The notes below the pieces were generated by a model. It saw only the letters and a program-made list of their open reading frames with translations. It was not told the origin of the DNA and did not search any database. Both the position numbers and the translations under genes were made by a program. From Gnetum montanum (Eukaryota; Plantae; Gnetophyta), in NCBI GenBank assembly GCA_015680685.1, contig MNCI01000001.1:192524-256523 (forward strand): a stretch of DNA of 64,000 bases. The letters run 5' to 3'. Below, in pieces: positions 13,007 to 26,153 of the stretch (positions within the stretch are counted from its first letter, which is position 1; every line of letters starts with the position of its first letter).

Positions 13007-16000
13007 ATGGCTTCTAGCAAAGGCTCCATCTATATCTGTGATCCCAAGGATCCTATTTTGCTGGAGTGCATGCAATCTCTTAGAAAAATGGGATTTGATC
13101 CATCGTATACAAACATAAATTAGGAATATTATAACTTTATTTATGATTTAATACACGTGAGTCTCCTTATCCCATGAGTTGAATTGGAGTCCAAGTGACA
13201 GTTTGAGATCATCTCAAGAATGAAAAGGAATACATTCCTTCAATGTACGATAACATCCCCTTGAGCATGTTTCATACTCACATGCTAGAAAAACTCATAG
13301 AGTTAGAGGAGATGAGCAAGGAGACTAGTTTAGATGCAAACCAAGAGGACTAGAATGAATTTGAAATGGAACATGAAGTAGACACATTCATAGGGAGCCT
13401 ATTTGAATAGGTAACTTGACAAGAAACTATCCCTAACTCTACACCTTCAATGTCCTTGATAAGTTAAGCCCCTTAGTATACTCCATTTCTCTCTATGATG
13501 TTCACATCAACATCCATTATAGTAGCACACAAGTTCTAGTTAATATCCCACTTCATATCCCTATTCTTTACGATGCCATTTGCAACTCAACCCCATTCTA
13601 TGCATCCATCCCTAATCATATCCTTCACACCACCTTCGTTCTCTATCCTAGAGGTTCCCTCCTTAGGACACCAAGCATCACAAGCCTTTCATACATCCTT
13701 TTTCTCCCTTCATCCCTTAGATCCTAATGCAATCTTCATTTTTTTTTGCTTAATTCTCCCACCACAATGATCACCTAGCCTTTGCCATCAATACTGATGC
13801 CTATTGCATGGTCCCAATCCTCTCAACACCCTCCATAGCCATTTTTACAAATAACACAACCTATAGGGATTTCCAAGGCTTGGATCAAGGCTTCCAAATG
13901 ATCTAGGACCTCAGTAAAGAGTTACAAAAGTTCAAAGCCTCAACTACCTAGATGGTCAAGATCATGGACTTCTAATAAGATTATTCAAATTTACCAAGTA
14001 TATGGTGAGGATGATCCAAAATCAAATCCCATAACCTTCCACTCAGAGTTCTTATTGTTGCAAAGTTGACCCCATACCATGATGTGTGTCTTTTCTATGT
14101 ATTTAACTAGGAAATCCTTGGGTTGGTACCATGATATACCTAGAAGTTCCATTGCATTCTTAAAAGACTTGATCACTCAATTTGTTAATTGTTTCAAGTA
14201 TAACTTGAGACCTGACACAACATTCAATCATCTTATGAAGGTTAAGAAAGGGGCTTTTGAACTTGTTTAGAAGTTCATATAGTGATGAAATTATCTCCTT
14301 AACGAGATTCCTAAACCCATCACTAAAATGTAGTTTTTGGACATCTTCAAGAGGGTAGTCAACAATTTTGTCAAGTCTAAAATATACTATCTAGACCCAT
14401 AGTCCCTTGCTCAAAATTTATCCTAAATGAAAAACATAGAGGATTCCAATGAGGTAACTAATGATCCAAATTGTGTAGCATATAAAAATTAATAGATGAG
14501 AAAGGATCAGGATAAGGAAAAACAAAATCACATATTCATGGCCATTGTGGCCAAAGAGCAAAAAAACAACATAGGGGCCTAAAATGAAACAACCTAAGGC
14601 CACTAGCACTGCCCCTCAAACAAGAACATCTATGGAATCAACATCTAATCCAATGAAACCTAACTTTGAAGAAAATAATAGGTGGAAGTACACTAGGCAT
14701 CCATCAAAATGATCAGAGCTTCTCAATCAATTACCAAAGAGTAATTGCATATAATAGAAGAAACTCTCTGAGAATGCTCAGAAGAGCCATGATTGATTAT
14801 GTGAGATTGCTAAAAAAATTTTGATAACAATGAAGGATGATCCACCTATATAAAAATACTTCAAGCTAGATTGATTCTACCACTACCATCAACTATTGGA
14901 CCATGACATTGATTTTTGTTTGGCCTTAAAAGGTAACTTGTAGAAGATGATAGATAGTAGGGAGTTAGTTCTAGATGATTCAAACCTAATCAGACCCTAA
15001 AATCAATCAATGCAAGTGTAAAAAGATCTCCTTACCACTAATAATGAACCATTTATCATTTCTTCCCTCACAATCAACGATAAGCTTGAAACCATTAAGG
15101 TACCATTTGTAGTTAAGATACCTTATTGTAATGAACAAAATTCTATAAGTACTAGATCTTCATTCATTATAAGAGTGCCACTACCAAATGATCCTTTCAT
15201 GATCCAAGTTCCCCCTACCTCTATACATGTAAATCAAAATGACCAATGACCTCTTGTGGTATCCAACTCTTCAACTTGTTCTTAACTAAATGAGAAGAAA
15301 TTGCCTTTGAAGCAATGTAAAAAATCAACTTTAAAGCCTAAGGCTAAGGTCAATGAACACTTGAAGATGTGGGAGGAAGTAGGCCTAGCTAACCTACTCC
15401 AATTTTAGCTATACCCATGAAGCCCAATGCACAACCTACATCAACAAGGAAAAATGAAGGAGACAACCCAAAATAGAATAAAATAAAGGAAGCTAAATAA
15501 CAAACCTTGAAACATGAGATCAAACTCTTAGGTAAAATGGAAGAAGTCCAAGCTAGTGAGAATGAGAAAACATCCAACACTGATAAGAAATTTTTGATAG
15601 TCATGGAACATATCAAACTTTTGCTCAACAAGAAAAGCACTTCCCTAAGCCTATATGACCTAGTTATTACCTCCCATACTCACAGTGAATTGTTAGCTAA
15701 GATGTTGACATTGATTCCCATAAGTGAAGATATCCCTACTAATGAAGAGTCCATCCATGTAGTGATGGTCCCTTCCTCACCTGGGGAAAAGATGAAGTTA
15801 AACATCCTAATGTTGCATGAAAATGAGGTCAAAATCAACTTATAAATTGGTGAAGTGTTGAAAGCCCCTTTGTTTATAATAATAAGGGTAGGCCAATACA
15901 AGGTGCATTAGGTGCACATAGATGATGGAAAAACTACAAATGTCATAATCTTCCTAATTTTGGAGTAAGGATTGGTGGAGCATATGTTGAACACCTCAAC

Positions 16001-16508
16001 TTCCATCCTTAAATCATTTAATGGATCACAGGTGGCTATAAAGGAGTCTATTTTGCTTAACTTCATAGTTGGAGAACAATTCCAAACCTATGCTAATTTC
16101 TAGGTAGTAGAAGAGATTCCAAGATTTAATCTAATCCTAGGAAGATCTTGGTTAACAACATTATGAGTGGTCTTTTCTCTAATTCATCAAGAAGTTCACA
16201 TACCTTACAAGGGAGGTAAAATTATCATTCATAAAGATAAAATGATCCTATTATTCATCAACAATGTTGGCATAGAATAGGGCTCCAAGGTGGAGTTCCA
16301 AGAAGAAACCCCTATAAGCAAAAATGAAATAAAGAACCATAATGATATCAAGCAAGCCAAGACCAACATTGCAAGGGCCATGACTGAAGCATGGGGAGAA
16401 CTCCCATTTAACATCATTAGTGAAGGGAATAGAGAGTACACAATTATGCGACATAGACCCTAGACATTCCCTAATCTCTTGAAGATTTGGAAATAGTTGT
16501 GTAATTAA
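13007..16508 (+). pseudogene. gag: Tat-A gag-protease remnant
   Basis: YGEDDPKS...MMCVFSMYLTRKSLGWYHDIPRSSI..LKDLITQF (retrotransposon gag core). Protease motifs VHIDDGKTTNVI (~15912) and FNLILGRSWL (~16125). Many TAG/TGA/TAA stops. Confidence 0.82.
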
Positions 16509-17161
16509 GTATGATTCCTACATACTCAACATTGTATGATATGTCCTAGCCTTTTAATTTCTATAATTTTTTTCTATTTTTTTACATGTTTAACTCCTAT
16601 TTTAAAGATCTTTCATTATTAAATTATATTTTTCTTTTTATTACATACCCTTACTTTACATTTTTTCATTAAATAACAATTCATGTATTCTTCTTTTATG
16701 TTTACTTAGAAGTGTAAAACATCATTAAAAAATTAGAAAAGTGCAAAACTAAAATTAAAAAATGGCCTATTAGGGCCTAAGATTGGTGGCCTGCTGAGGC
16801 ATAAAGTTAGTAAATTCATGTTTTTCTTTTACTTATTTTACATATATGACAAACCCCATTCACTTGGTTTTTTCGATTATACCTTGTTTTAAATTCTTAC
16901 TTCACTTCATAACTTTGTTATCTTAACATTTAGCCCTTTATGTAACAAAAATATAAAAACAAACCAAACTAAGAAAATAATATTCAAAATATAAAGTGTC
17001 ATAAAACTAAAATCTATATAACAGTCACAAGGTACACTTTGCAGCATATGACAATAGAAAAATAATAATAGATAGTCGTAAGGGCTATAGTATCCAACAC
17101 ATAAAAATAACTATAAAAATGCAATAAAAATAATAAGGTGTCCCATGTCTAGCTACCAAAA

Positions 17162-20100
17162 CTATGCAATAAGAGGACGAGGAATGCCATCATCAATATT
17201 AACCAAATCATTAGCACCATTATTAGCAATATCATCTTTATCATCTAGAAACTATAAATAATAAAACATACAAACAATTAGTGAACATGATACCAAAAAA
17301 TAATAAAAATATAACATAACTATATAACAACATAAAATAAATAAAATAAAATTCAAATTGCTAATTACACAAATCTTAGGGAACTTAGGAGCTATATCTT
17401 CTTGGATGAATCTTCAAAGACCTTCCTCCAATCTATAAAGAATTTGTTCTTCACTCATGTTTGCCTAGTCAATGTCTCTAAGATCCAATCCTTCCATGAT
17501 TTTTCCCCTCTCTATGTTTGTCCACTTAGGTAGGGAAAGGGAAAAATTAGTGGTGGTAGTCTTTCCAAATGAGATGGTGATCTAAGGGATAGGAGAATCA
17601 ACAATTGCTAATGATTCTAAAAACAACTTGTAAATATCCTCTACACTGATCCCCCATACAAATATTTCATACTTACATTGTGTCATGGATACCTCACGCC
17701 ATAACATAAGGTAGTTGCCTTTTTCACTTTTTATAATCTTCTATGAACCTTTTTTTGCCTTTCCCACTCTAAAATCCAATAATAGTAGTCCCACCATTCC
17801 TTGGACTTGTAAACTAGGAGCTCTATCTACATGTGTTTTTCAACATTAATTCTAGCTAGAGCAATGTTTCCTTAGATGGCACTCCAATACCGAGACCACT
17901 CAATCTTCTTTGTACGTAAAGAATCCTTGTTTTCAACACATTCCTCTATGAATTGCTTCTAATCTTCAAGGCTTCTAACCTTGAATTTTAGTCCCTTAAA
18001 TTCATTTCCCAGTTCCACAATTCATTCAAACAAGAACTCATTTTTTATGTTGGAACTTCAAAAATGTTTTGGCACAAGTTGCAATATATTTTGTTACCCC
18101 TAATGCAACCTATGTGGAATGTTTTCTACATGAGAAGGAAGTTTAGCTAATTCATTGAATTCATACTTTCTTGAGGAATTCCACCTTAGCTTGGAAATTG
18201 CCATAAAACAAAAAAAAAACAAGAATCATTAAATAAAAAATAATTAAAAAACATAAAACAACCAAACTATATAAAAAATAAATAAATAATAAACTCCTAA
18301 AACCATGTAACCTTAAAATACTCCAATAGTGCAAAAGTGAAAGTGTTTTATCTTACCAACATTAGGGGAAATTTGTTGCAACCTCTCAACCATATCATCC
18401 ATCATTCCTTTCATAAATTCCATTTTATCTAGGACCTCCACCCAAGGCTTAGCATAGCATTGGAGGTAGATGATTCTTGGGGAGATGCTTCTTAAGGAGG
18501 TTCACATCCTTCAATTGCTACAAGAAGTCAGCATCATTTATAACAAGTTAAACCAAAATATAAAAATTTTAAAAATGCTAAACAAGAAACACAAAATAAA
18601 TCCTATGTTATACCATAGAGGTAAGGAGGTATGATGATTGTAGGGTTGTCCTCCAAGGGAAGATCATCTAGGATGGTATCTAGTGCATCTAAGGCCTCCC
18701 ATGGATTGCCTCTCCTCCTCCTCCTCCTTTTGTTGTTTCTCTTTTGCACCCATAGTAGTAGGCTAGTTAGCCAACTCTTATTGTCTCCCTATAATGAAAC
18801 TAAACCCCAACAATTTAAAACAAGTTAGTAAACACTAAAAAATAAAAAACAAAAAACAAAAAAACCATGTAACATAAAGATAAGAATAAATGTTTATATA
18901 TCACCAATCACCTAACTTGCCTTGTTGAACTTAAGGATTATCTTCTTAGAAGTTTTCTCATTTGGAACATGAATGTTTTCTTCAACATGAGGCCTTTTTA
19001 TTTTCTCTCTAATAACACCCTTCACTTTAGCACAAAACTGTTTGATTCCCTTTATGTTTCCTTGGGTATCATGGGGTTCTACCCCTATACTGTTAGGGGA
19101 ATAATCACGTATACCACTAACATTCTTAGTGGTAATAGATAGTGACTCACCCAAATACTCTATGAGTGGATTATCATAACATATAATTCTTGTAATGTGT
19201 TTTTCCCATGGTATAAAGAGTTGAGAGGTATCACATCCAACCCATTTTTCATATCTCTTGAACACTAGAAACTTTGCAAACTCCTCAAATATGCACTAAA
19301 GAAGGTGAAGTAAACACGACAAGTGGCATCAAGGTTATTAAAAAGTATTTAAACTTCCTCATATAGGCCATTAACCAAAAATATGCCCTAGTTAAACCTA
19401 GTACCATCCATTAAAACCTTCATTATTGTCCAAGCCTGTTGAACCCCAATAGTTTTATTTTGAGATAACAACATGGGAAAGACTCTAAAATTAAAATGAG
19501 GATATGTTTGATTTTCTTCTTCATATTTAAATTTGTTAAAAGAAAATAGAGGTCCATGAGGAGAATTCAACCAAGACTTGAATTCCTCATGAATACTTGA
19601 ATCTGTCTCTACTCTACCAACAATCTTTACAACATTTGAAGGTATGCTAAAGAGATCATTAAACATGAACTTTCTAATGCTCAAAACTATAGGAACACCA
19701 TGAGCATAAGTGAAAAATTTGGAGACATTTTTATCAAAGGAGTTAATGACATTTAACATTTTAGGATTTGACATGGATGGACAAGGAAAGATAAATAAAT
19801 CATATAAAGCAACATTAGTTAATCACTGTTGAAGATCTAATGAAGCGTTATCTCTCAACCATGCTTGAGAGTCCTCTACTTTATTCCACTTGAGCTAAAT
19901 CTTCTCCTTAACATGACCTACAACATTGATGGCAAGCATATACTCTCATATGGAATCTACAACATAATACAATTAGCCCATTAGCCAAATTAAAAAACTA
20001 GTAAACTAAAACCTAAAAAAGCAAACTTCAAAAGAAAATAAAAATGTTAGGCATGCTCTAACAACTTTTACTCACCATGTGGGGACATGGTTGAAACATT

Positions 20101-20631
20101 AGATCGAAGTGCCATAGGTGCTCCAAAATTGGTAGACTACCACTTATGTACACATTTATTAGATGTACTTAGTTGATATATTTTGGAATATTGTCTAAGA
20201 TATCCACTAAACTTATTACCAAGTTGATTAAGAACCTGCACTCTCACAACCTTTCCATGCCTAAAGACCTCCAAAGATATATGAGTCAAAGATAAATCTT
20301 GATCATTCTTAACCAATCCTTCATGGTTCATCTTATACCTACTTGAAAATGAAACATAAAAAAAGAAAAAAAATTACATGAATAGCATTAGAATTCAGAT
20401 AAAAAATGAGCCTAAAAATTAAAAAAAAAAAACTTACATTTGAAGTAGTTAAATAGTTCTTAGAGGATTTTGGAAGAGAGTATTGACTCTATGGTCAATG
20501 AAAAAATTGTTTTCAACATTATATTGGGAATACTCTAGCATGTTCCAAATTTGAATTAACTATATAACACTCACCGAATGAGTGTTATTACTGTTTTCAA
20601 TTTCTATTTCAACCTTAGGGGCATCCACCAT
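17162..20631 (-). pseudogene. Decayed 7-exon antisense gene of unknown function inside Tat-A (~920 codons)
   Basis: Six AT-rich introns on the minus strand: 20437-20339 (GTAAGT..TAG), 20075-19957 (GTGAGT..TAG), 18904-18789 (GTGATA..TAG), 18613-18518 (GTATAA..TAG), 18356-18201 (GTAAGA; acceptor mutated to TGG), 17368-17252 (GTAATT..TAG). ATG at 20631. Exons 1-2-3 splice in frame and link the ORF-track peptides 20137..20331 and 19388..19774. Later exons contain frameshifts and stops. Confidence 0.75.
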
Positions 20632-22112
20632 GAATTTTATAATGTGATTAGAAGAACCAGAAAAAAGGATTTTAGTAATGACAACTACAAATTCTATAGC
20701 AAAGTGTGACCACATGATCACACTATAGTTGTATAGTAGGTATTTTAGAAATTCTTTTATACCAAGTATAAATCATATAGGGGTCCTCTTGTCAAGGTGG
20801 AAGCTAGGTTTCAAGTTACTTTGTGTGATGGTTCCTATGAAGCATATGATTCCCACCAATTCAACAACCACCAAGACAAGATTCAAAAAAGCCTTGCACA
20901 TAATCAAAACACATGATTGTTGCTCCATGGAAAAACCATTAAACATTAATAACAAAAATTAACTAAGCTTGAACTAAAAATAACTCTTAAATACCAACAT
21001 TTCCATGAGATAACCATAGGCTCCAAAACCAAAATCAACACTTCAATAAGCAAGTTTATTACATGAAAAACTATTTTGACACTTTGTAACTAATTTTGAA
21101 CATTTTCACAAACACTTAACACATGAAGCCTTCAAGCTTGAATAATTAAAAATATTTAGCTTAAACCAACATATTTATAATAAATTTTATTGAAAGTGAT
21201 AATTTTGAAATTCAAAGGATGGATCTTTTCATGAATCCATGATCAATAAGCTAGGGTAAGCTTGGAAATTGAGGATGAGTGGAGGCAAAGAACAAAAGTT
21301 TTGCTAAGTTTTGGAGCTTATATGCTACCAAAAATTATTACTAAAAAACTTCAAACATTAATTATGTTATGGAATCAAATACCACTAATACCATATGCTA
21401 GCCATGCCCATGAAAAAATCCAAAAATACCAAGAAATAGCCCATTTTCCCAACATTGTTCAAACATAGACAAAAAATCACACTATGCATGTAAAAAGTGC
21501 AAAGCAACCACTATAACATTATAGGCTTAGAAAAAACACTGTAATGTTTTTTGTAAAAAGATATTTATGGGTTTTTTTTTTTTTGCATAGAACAAGTGCC
21601 AAGTAATCAAGATTGACTAAAAACACTGTAATCTAGTTGTAGAAAAAACCAAAGTTTCACTAGTTTCTAACCTAATTTTTCTAGCTAAGGCATAATTTAT
21701 CAAAGAAAAATTCCAAAAAAATAAAAAAAATGTGATTCCACCTCTAGAATAGCCTTAAAGCCTAGAAAAACAAACCTACAAGCTTAAAATTGTAAAATTC
21801 TAGCATATATGGCCTAGAAAAAAATAACAAACTTCAGGTAAAATTGAGCAAAATAGATAAGAAATGTTGAGAATAAGTGTGATAAAAAATTAAATTTTGA
21901 ATAAATTTATTATAAAAACTAATTATTTAACCCTAATATCATGAAAAATCCTAGATATACCATTTGAGACAATCTTATCAAAAAATTTTAGCCTAGGTGA
22001 ACCTAGACATGGATAATGGTTCCACAAATTTGGCTAAAATTGAGAAAAATGGAAAGAACTTCATACATAGTGGAATGAAAAGAAAATAATTCATTGAAGT
22101 AGGATTTTATAG

Positions 22113-22740
22113 ATGGGAGATCACTTGGGTAGCTTCCTCTATCTCATCCAAGATGGTGTTCTTGCTTGAATATCCTACCTTCCTATTGTCCATTATTGCT
22201 AAAGATGCCAAAGTTTTACCCTAGAAAATGGTGAGGAAATAGCCTAAGATCTCTTTTCCTTCAAAGACTATTAATAGAGGTTATTGTGAGAAATGATATC
22301 TTTGAAGGTCAGTTGAATCAAGCTTGCCAACCACCACTATAGATTCTAGGTACCAACACTTGGAGACATAATGGAATTTCTTTTAACACTGAGATATTGG
22401 TGTGGAAGAACATTTGGTGTGTAGGACCTTTGATCATTGATGGTCAAAATGCCTTTGAAAACTATGAAAACTTCTTTTGTATTTTCCTTAAACTATAATA
22501 ATGGATGAAAGGCATTGCGCACTTGAGTTCTTGAGACAAGTTTCTACTTTTATGACAATATGCTATGACTTCAACTTAAGCTTTCACCCAACATAAGAAC
22601 CACCAAACCTTTTATATTCAAGCTAGATTAAATAATCCCAAAATAATTATCAATGTACATCAATCATAACCAATCTTATACCAAAATTAATTCAAGTTCA
22701 AGACATCAAAAGGGCCCACCAAAAATTTCCAAGTTCTCAA
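22113..22740 (+). pseudogene. Unrecognised ORF remnant upstream of Tat-A RT
   Basis: The frame from ATG 22113 (MGDHLGSFLYLIQDGVLA*ISYLPIVHYC*RCQSFTLENGEEIA*DLFSFKDY...) runs over 100 codons without an evident frameshift. Its stops are compatible with C>T from CGA/CAA/CAG. End approximate. Confidence 0.4.
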
Positions 22741-23159
22741 CAAGTAATACTAGCATAAGAATCTCTTCCAAGAAGCTTATATTTTAGGATTTTGTAGTTC
22801 TTAATGTAGGACTTAGGTTAATTACACTTCAACAACATACAAACATATAGAAAATAAAAATTTATTAATTTTGAACTTAGAACCCTAAGGACTGAAGCCC
22901 AAACCCTAGTGTCTACCTTAGGAAGCGATGAGGATCAAAATCTTGTTAAAAAATCTTAGAGAGTAATCAAATTTGGTTCTCATGCTGAAGGTTTGAGCTT
23001 AATATTCTAGTGATTTAAATATTTACTGGGGTTTGTGCAATCTCAAAGTGTCAAATTTTCATCCACAACCCTAGGCCTTGACATGGATGACATTAGAACT
23101 TGGAAAACTGAATTGAAAGGTGCCAAAACTCAATAAGGTGGATTAATTATAGTGAGGTT

Positions 23160-25088
23160 TATTTCAATTATATAAGAAATTTTAGATTAACCCAAAGAAT
23201 TAGCTATGTATAACCTTCATGACCCCTTGGAAAACCTTTTGTTACACCATGATGCCAATTAGACTGAAGGACAAAGGTGCAACTTATTCATGAGTGATGA
23301 CTTAGATCTTTAGTGATTATATGCTTGGATTACTTAATGTCTATGTTAATAATATATTTTTGAAGTCAAAAGTAATAGATGACCATGTGCACAACCTAAA
23401 CTTAGTGCTTTAACATTTTCTAAAGTATGAACTTAGGCTTAACACTAAAAAGTATATCTTTGGTATCAAAATAGGTAAAATGCTTGGTTTTGTGGTATTT
23501 GAGGTAGGGATACAAGTTGATCTTGATAGGGTTAAGGCCATAACTATCCTATTGGTACCTAGAAAAATTAAATAATCACAAGTATTACAAGTTAGATTAC
23601 AATTTATTTGTAGGTTTATCTCTAGACTCATGGATAAATTACAACCCATGCCACATCTACTAAAAAAGGGAGTTCACTATGAGTGAACTAATCAATGCTA
23701 AGAAGCCTTTGACAAAATCAAGAAAGAATTAGTCCAATTACCTACTATGTACACTCCATAGAAGGATAAACCATTCTACATCTGCATTGCAATATTTGAC
23801 ACATCCATAGCCTCTCTACTTTGTCAAAGATGAAATGATGGAGTAGAGATACCCATATACTACTTGAGCCATGCATTAATTACTTATGAGACCCAATATA
23901 GAGAGGTTGAGAATTACTACCTAGTCTTAATCTTCTTCTTGAAGAAGTGGAGATGCTACCTCTTTAGGAGTAAAGTCAACATTATATGCAAATACAATGT
24001 ATTAAGAACCATAATGACTAGCATCTATGAAAGTAGCTAAACAGTATGATGGAAGATCACAACTGTTGAGTTCAACCTACATTACATTTTTCAAGCATCA
24101 ATGAAAGGTAAAGATATAGTTTCATAGTTAACAAATTTCCCAATACAAGATAATGTAGCCAGAGATCTTGAATTCTTGATGATTATGTCAACATTATTAA
24201 CAAGGTACCTGAGGGTTACAAGGCCATCATGCATTTTAATAGAGCTTCAACTACCTAAGGGACTAGTGCTATGACCATCATAACATTATACTCTAGTGAG
24301 ATTCAAACTTTCTCTTACCATTTTTAGTTCCCATGTACTAAGAACATAGTGTAATACAAAGGGTTAATTAGGGAAATGATGGTAGCTATTAACTAGGTAA
24401 TTACATCTTTAATGATAAAAGGTGATTCAAAACTAGTGGTTAATTGAGAAATCAAAGTTTATGCTTGTAAAGCCAAACATCCACAACCTTACTATAACCT
24501 AGCCAAAACACTGATGCAATAGTTTACAGATGTGAATATACAATACATTACTTGAGTTGGAAGCATCCTAGCTAATGCCATTAACCCTTAGCCCTAAGTG
24601 TGACATTAGATGTGTTTAGAAAGTTTCCTTCTTTAATAAAAAACTATGTTCTTTCCATCATGTAGAACACTGAAGGTATCTTTATAGACGCATTTGATAG
24701 TGTTCCTCAAAATGAATTATATGATGATATCAAGTTCTACCTAATGAATGATGAGTCTCTATAGAACCTAACTACCTCTCAAAATGACACTGTACATAAA
24801 TGATCAAAACAATATATCATTGTAGCTAATAACACACTATGTCAAAGGTCCTATGATGGCATATTTTTAGTGTGCTTGGAAAAAACTAAAGATAATACAA
24901 TTCTTGAGCAACTTCATGAAGGTATATATGGAGAACATATAGGACCTATAGCCATGGCCACAAAGATTAGACAATTAGGATATTATTGGTCCTTTATGAA
25001 AAGTGACTACTTGAAGAAGATTAAAACTTGCGATACATTTCAATGACATAGTAACTTGATACACATGCCACTAATTGAGTTACATAGT
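23160..25088 (+). pseudogene. pol: Tat-A pol: RT (N-terminus lost), RNase H, additional archaeal-type RNase H (aRH), integrase zinc finger
   Basis: FMTPWKTFCYTMMPIRLKDKGATY; NVYVNNI (YVDD site); KMLGFVV; aRH motifs HFNRAS, NIV*YKGL, GDSKLVVN; integrase motifs HEGIYGEHIG, LGYYW, CDTFQ. Confidence 0.9.
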
Positions 25089-25964
25089 TGATGAGTAGTG
25101 AGGTACCCCTACGCCCAACCATATGAATCACAAGCATTCATGTGTGATTTGGTCAAAATTGATAGACTTTGTAGTTTTTGGTACACTAGTCCTCTAGGAA
25201 GTGAACCTTGCCTTAAGGTCATTCATTGTCTTTCCAACTACACTTCTGACGTACACTAGTATGGTTAAGTGTAACTGAGGCATCCAATTTTTATCATTTT
25301 ATATTTTATGGTTTTGGTGCTTAAAGGGAGATAAAAGTAATTGGATTAACTAATTAACTAGCATATAAGCAGTCCTAACATCAGCATTCACTCCCACTTT
25401 TTGCACACATCTTGAACCCACATATCCACTATTGGATTACCAAGCGCTACGCTACTAGGCATACGAAGTAATAATGTTGCTAGGATTACCAAGCGAATAC
25501 ATCTTATTCTCAGAGTGGTCATACTTATGTGTTTAATCTATCTAGCTTATCTTACTTCATGAATTCATTAGCTTAATTACAGGAAAACATTGAATAAATA
25601 ATTGAAAAAATTAAATGCATAAATAAAACATTTAAGCTATATAGAATGCTACAAGGTTTATCAAGAAGTTCATCTTTATTTTCACACACACTATTGTACT
25701 CAAGTACAACAATGCTTGAGTAAATATCTGTACACTTAATGACTCTTGTTGTAGGTACTTGGGAGAAATATTCTAACTCCCAAATGAACAAATTACAAGA
25801 GCTTCGCTACTACTAAAATCTTATTGCCATAAATGTGGTTGGTAAGTGCATATTTATAGCTAAAAAGTGGACATTACATTGATGGGACCTCATTGACGCA
25901 TGATACGATGCATTGATAAGGCCTTGTTGATGAGGCCTAGTCGACGAGGCTATGTCAACAAGGC
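25089..25964 (-). repeat. Athila-like 3' LTR (PPT and first ~33 bp deleted)
   Basis: Colinear with 34784-35640. Lacks the terminal tgatgagtcacatttc... segment and the PPT seen at 467-473. Confidence 0.88.
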
Positions 25965-26153
25965 ATGATTGAATGAAAACTCATCCTTAAGTTCTTTTAC
26001 AAAATTGGGAAGGTATGGAATTATTGATTGAACTTTCACAAAAAAATAGACTAACTTGACAAAAATAGAGTGTCTGAGTGTACGAATCAACACATTACAA
26101 AAATGATGATGTTCATGACACAAAATTAAACACCATGACATGATTCTTCAAAA

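Noticed and set aside
22740-23155. aaaccctag/gaaccctaa telomere-like motifs before RT
   Set aside because: Only isolated units. The segment looks like an unassigned repeat fragment replacing the RT N-terminus.
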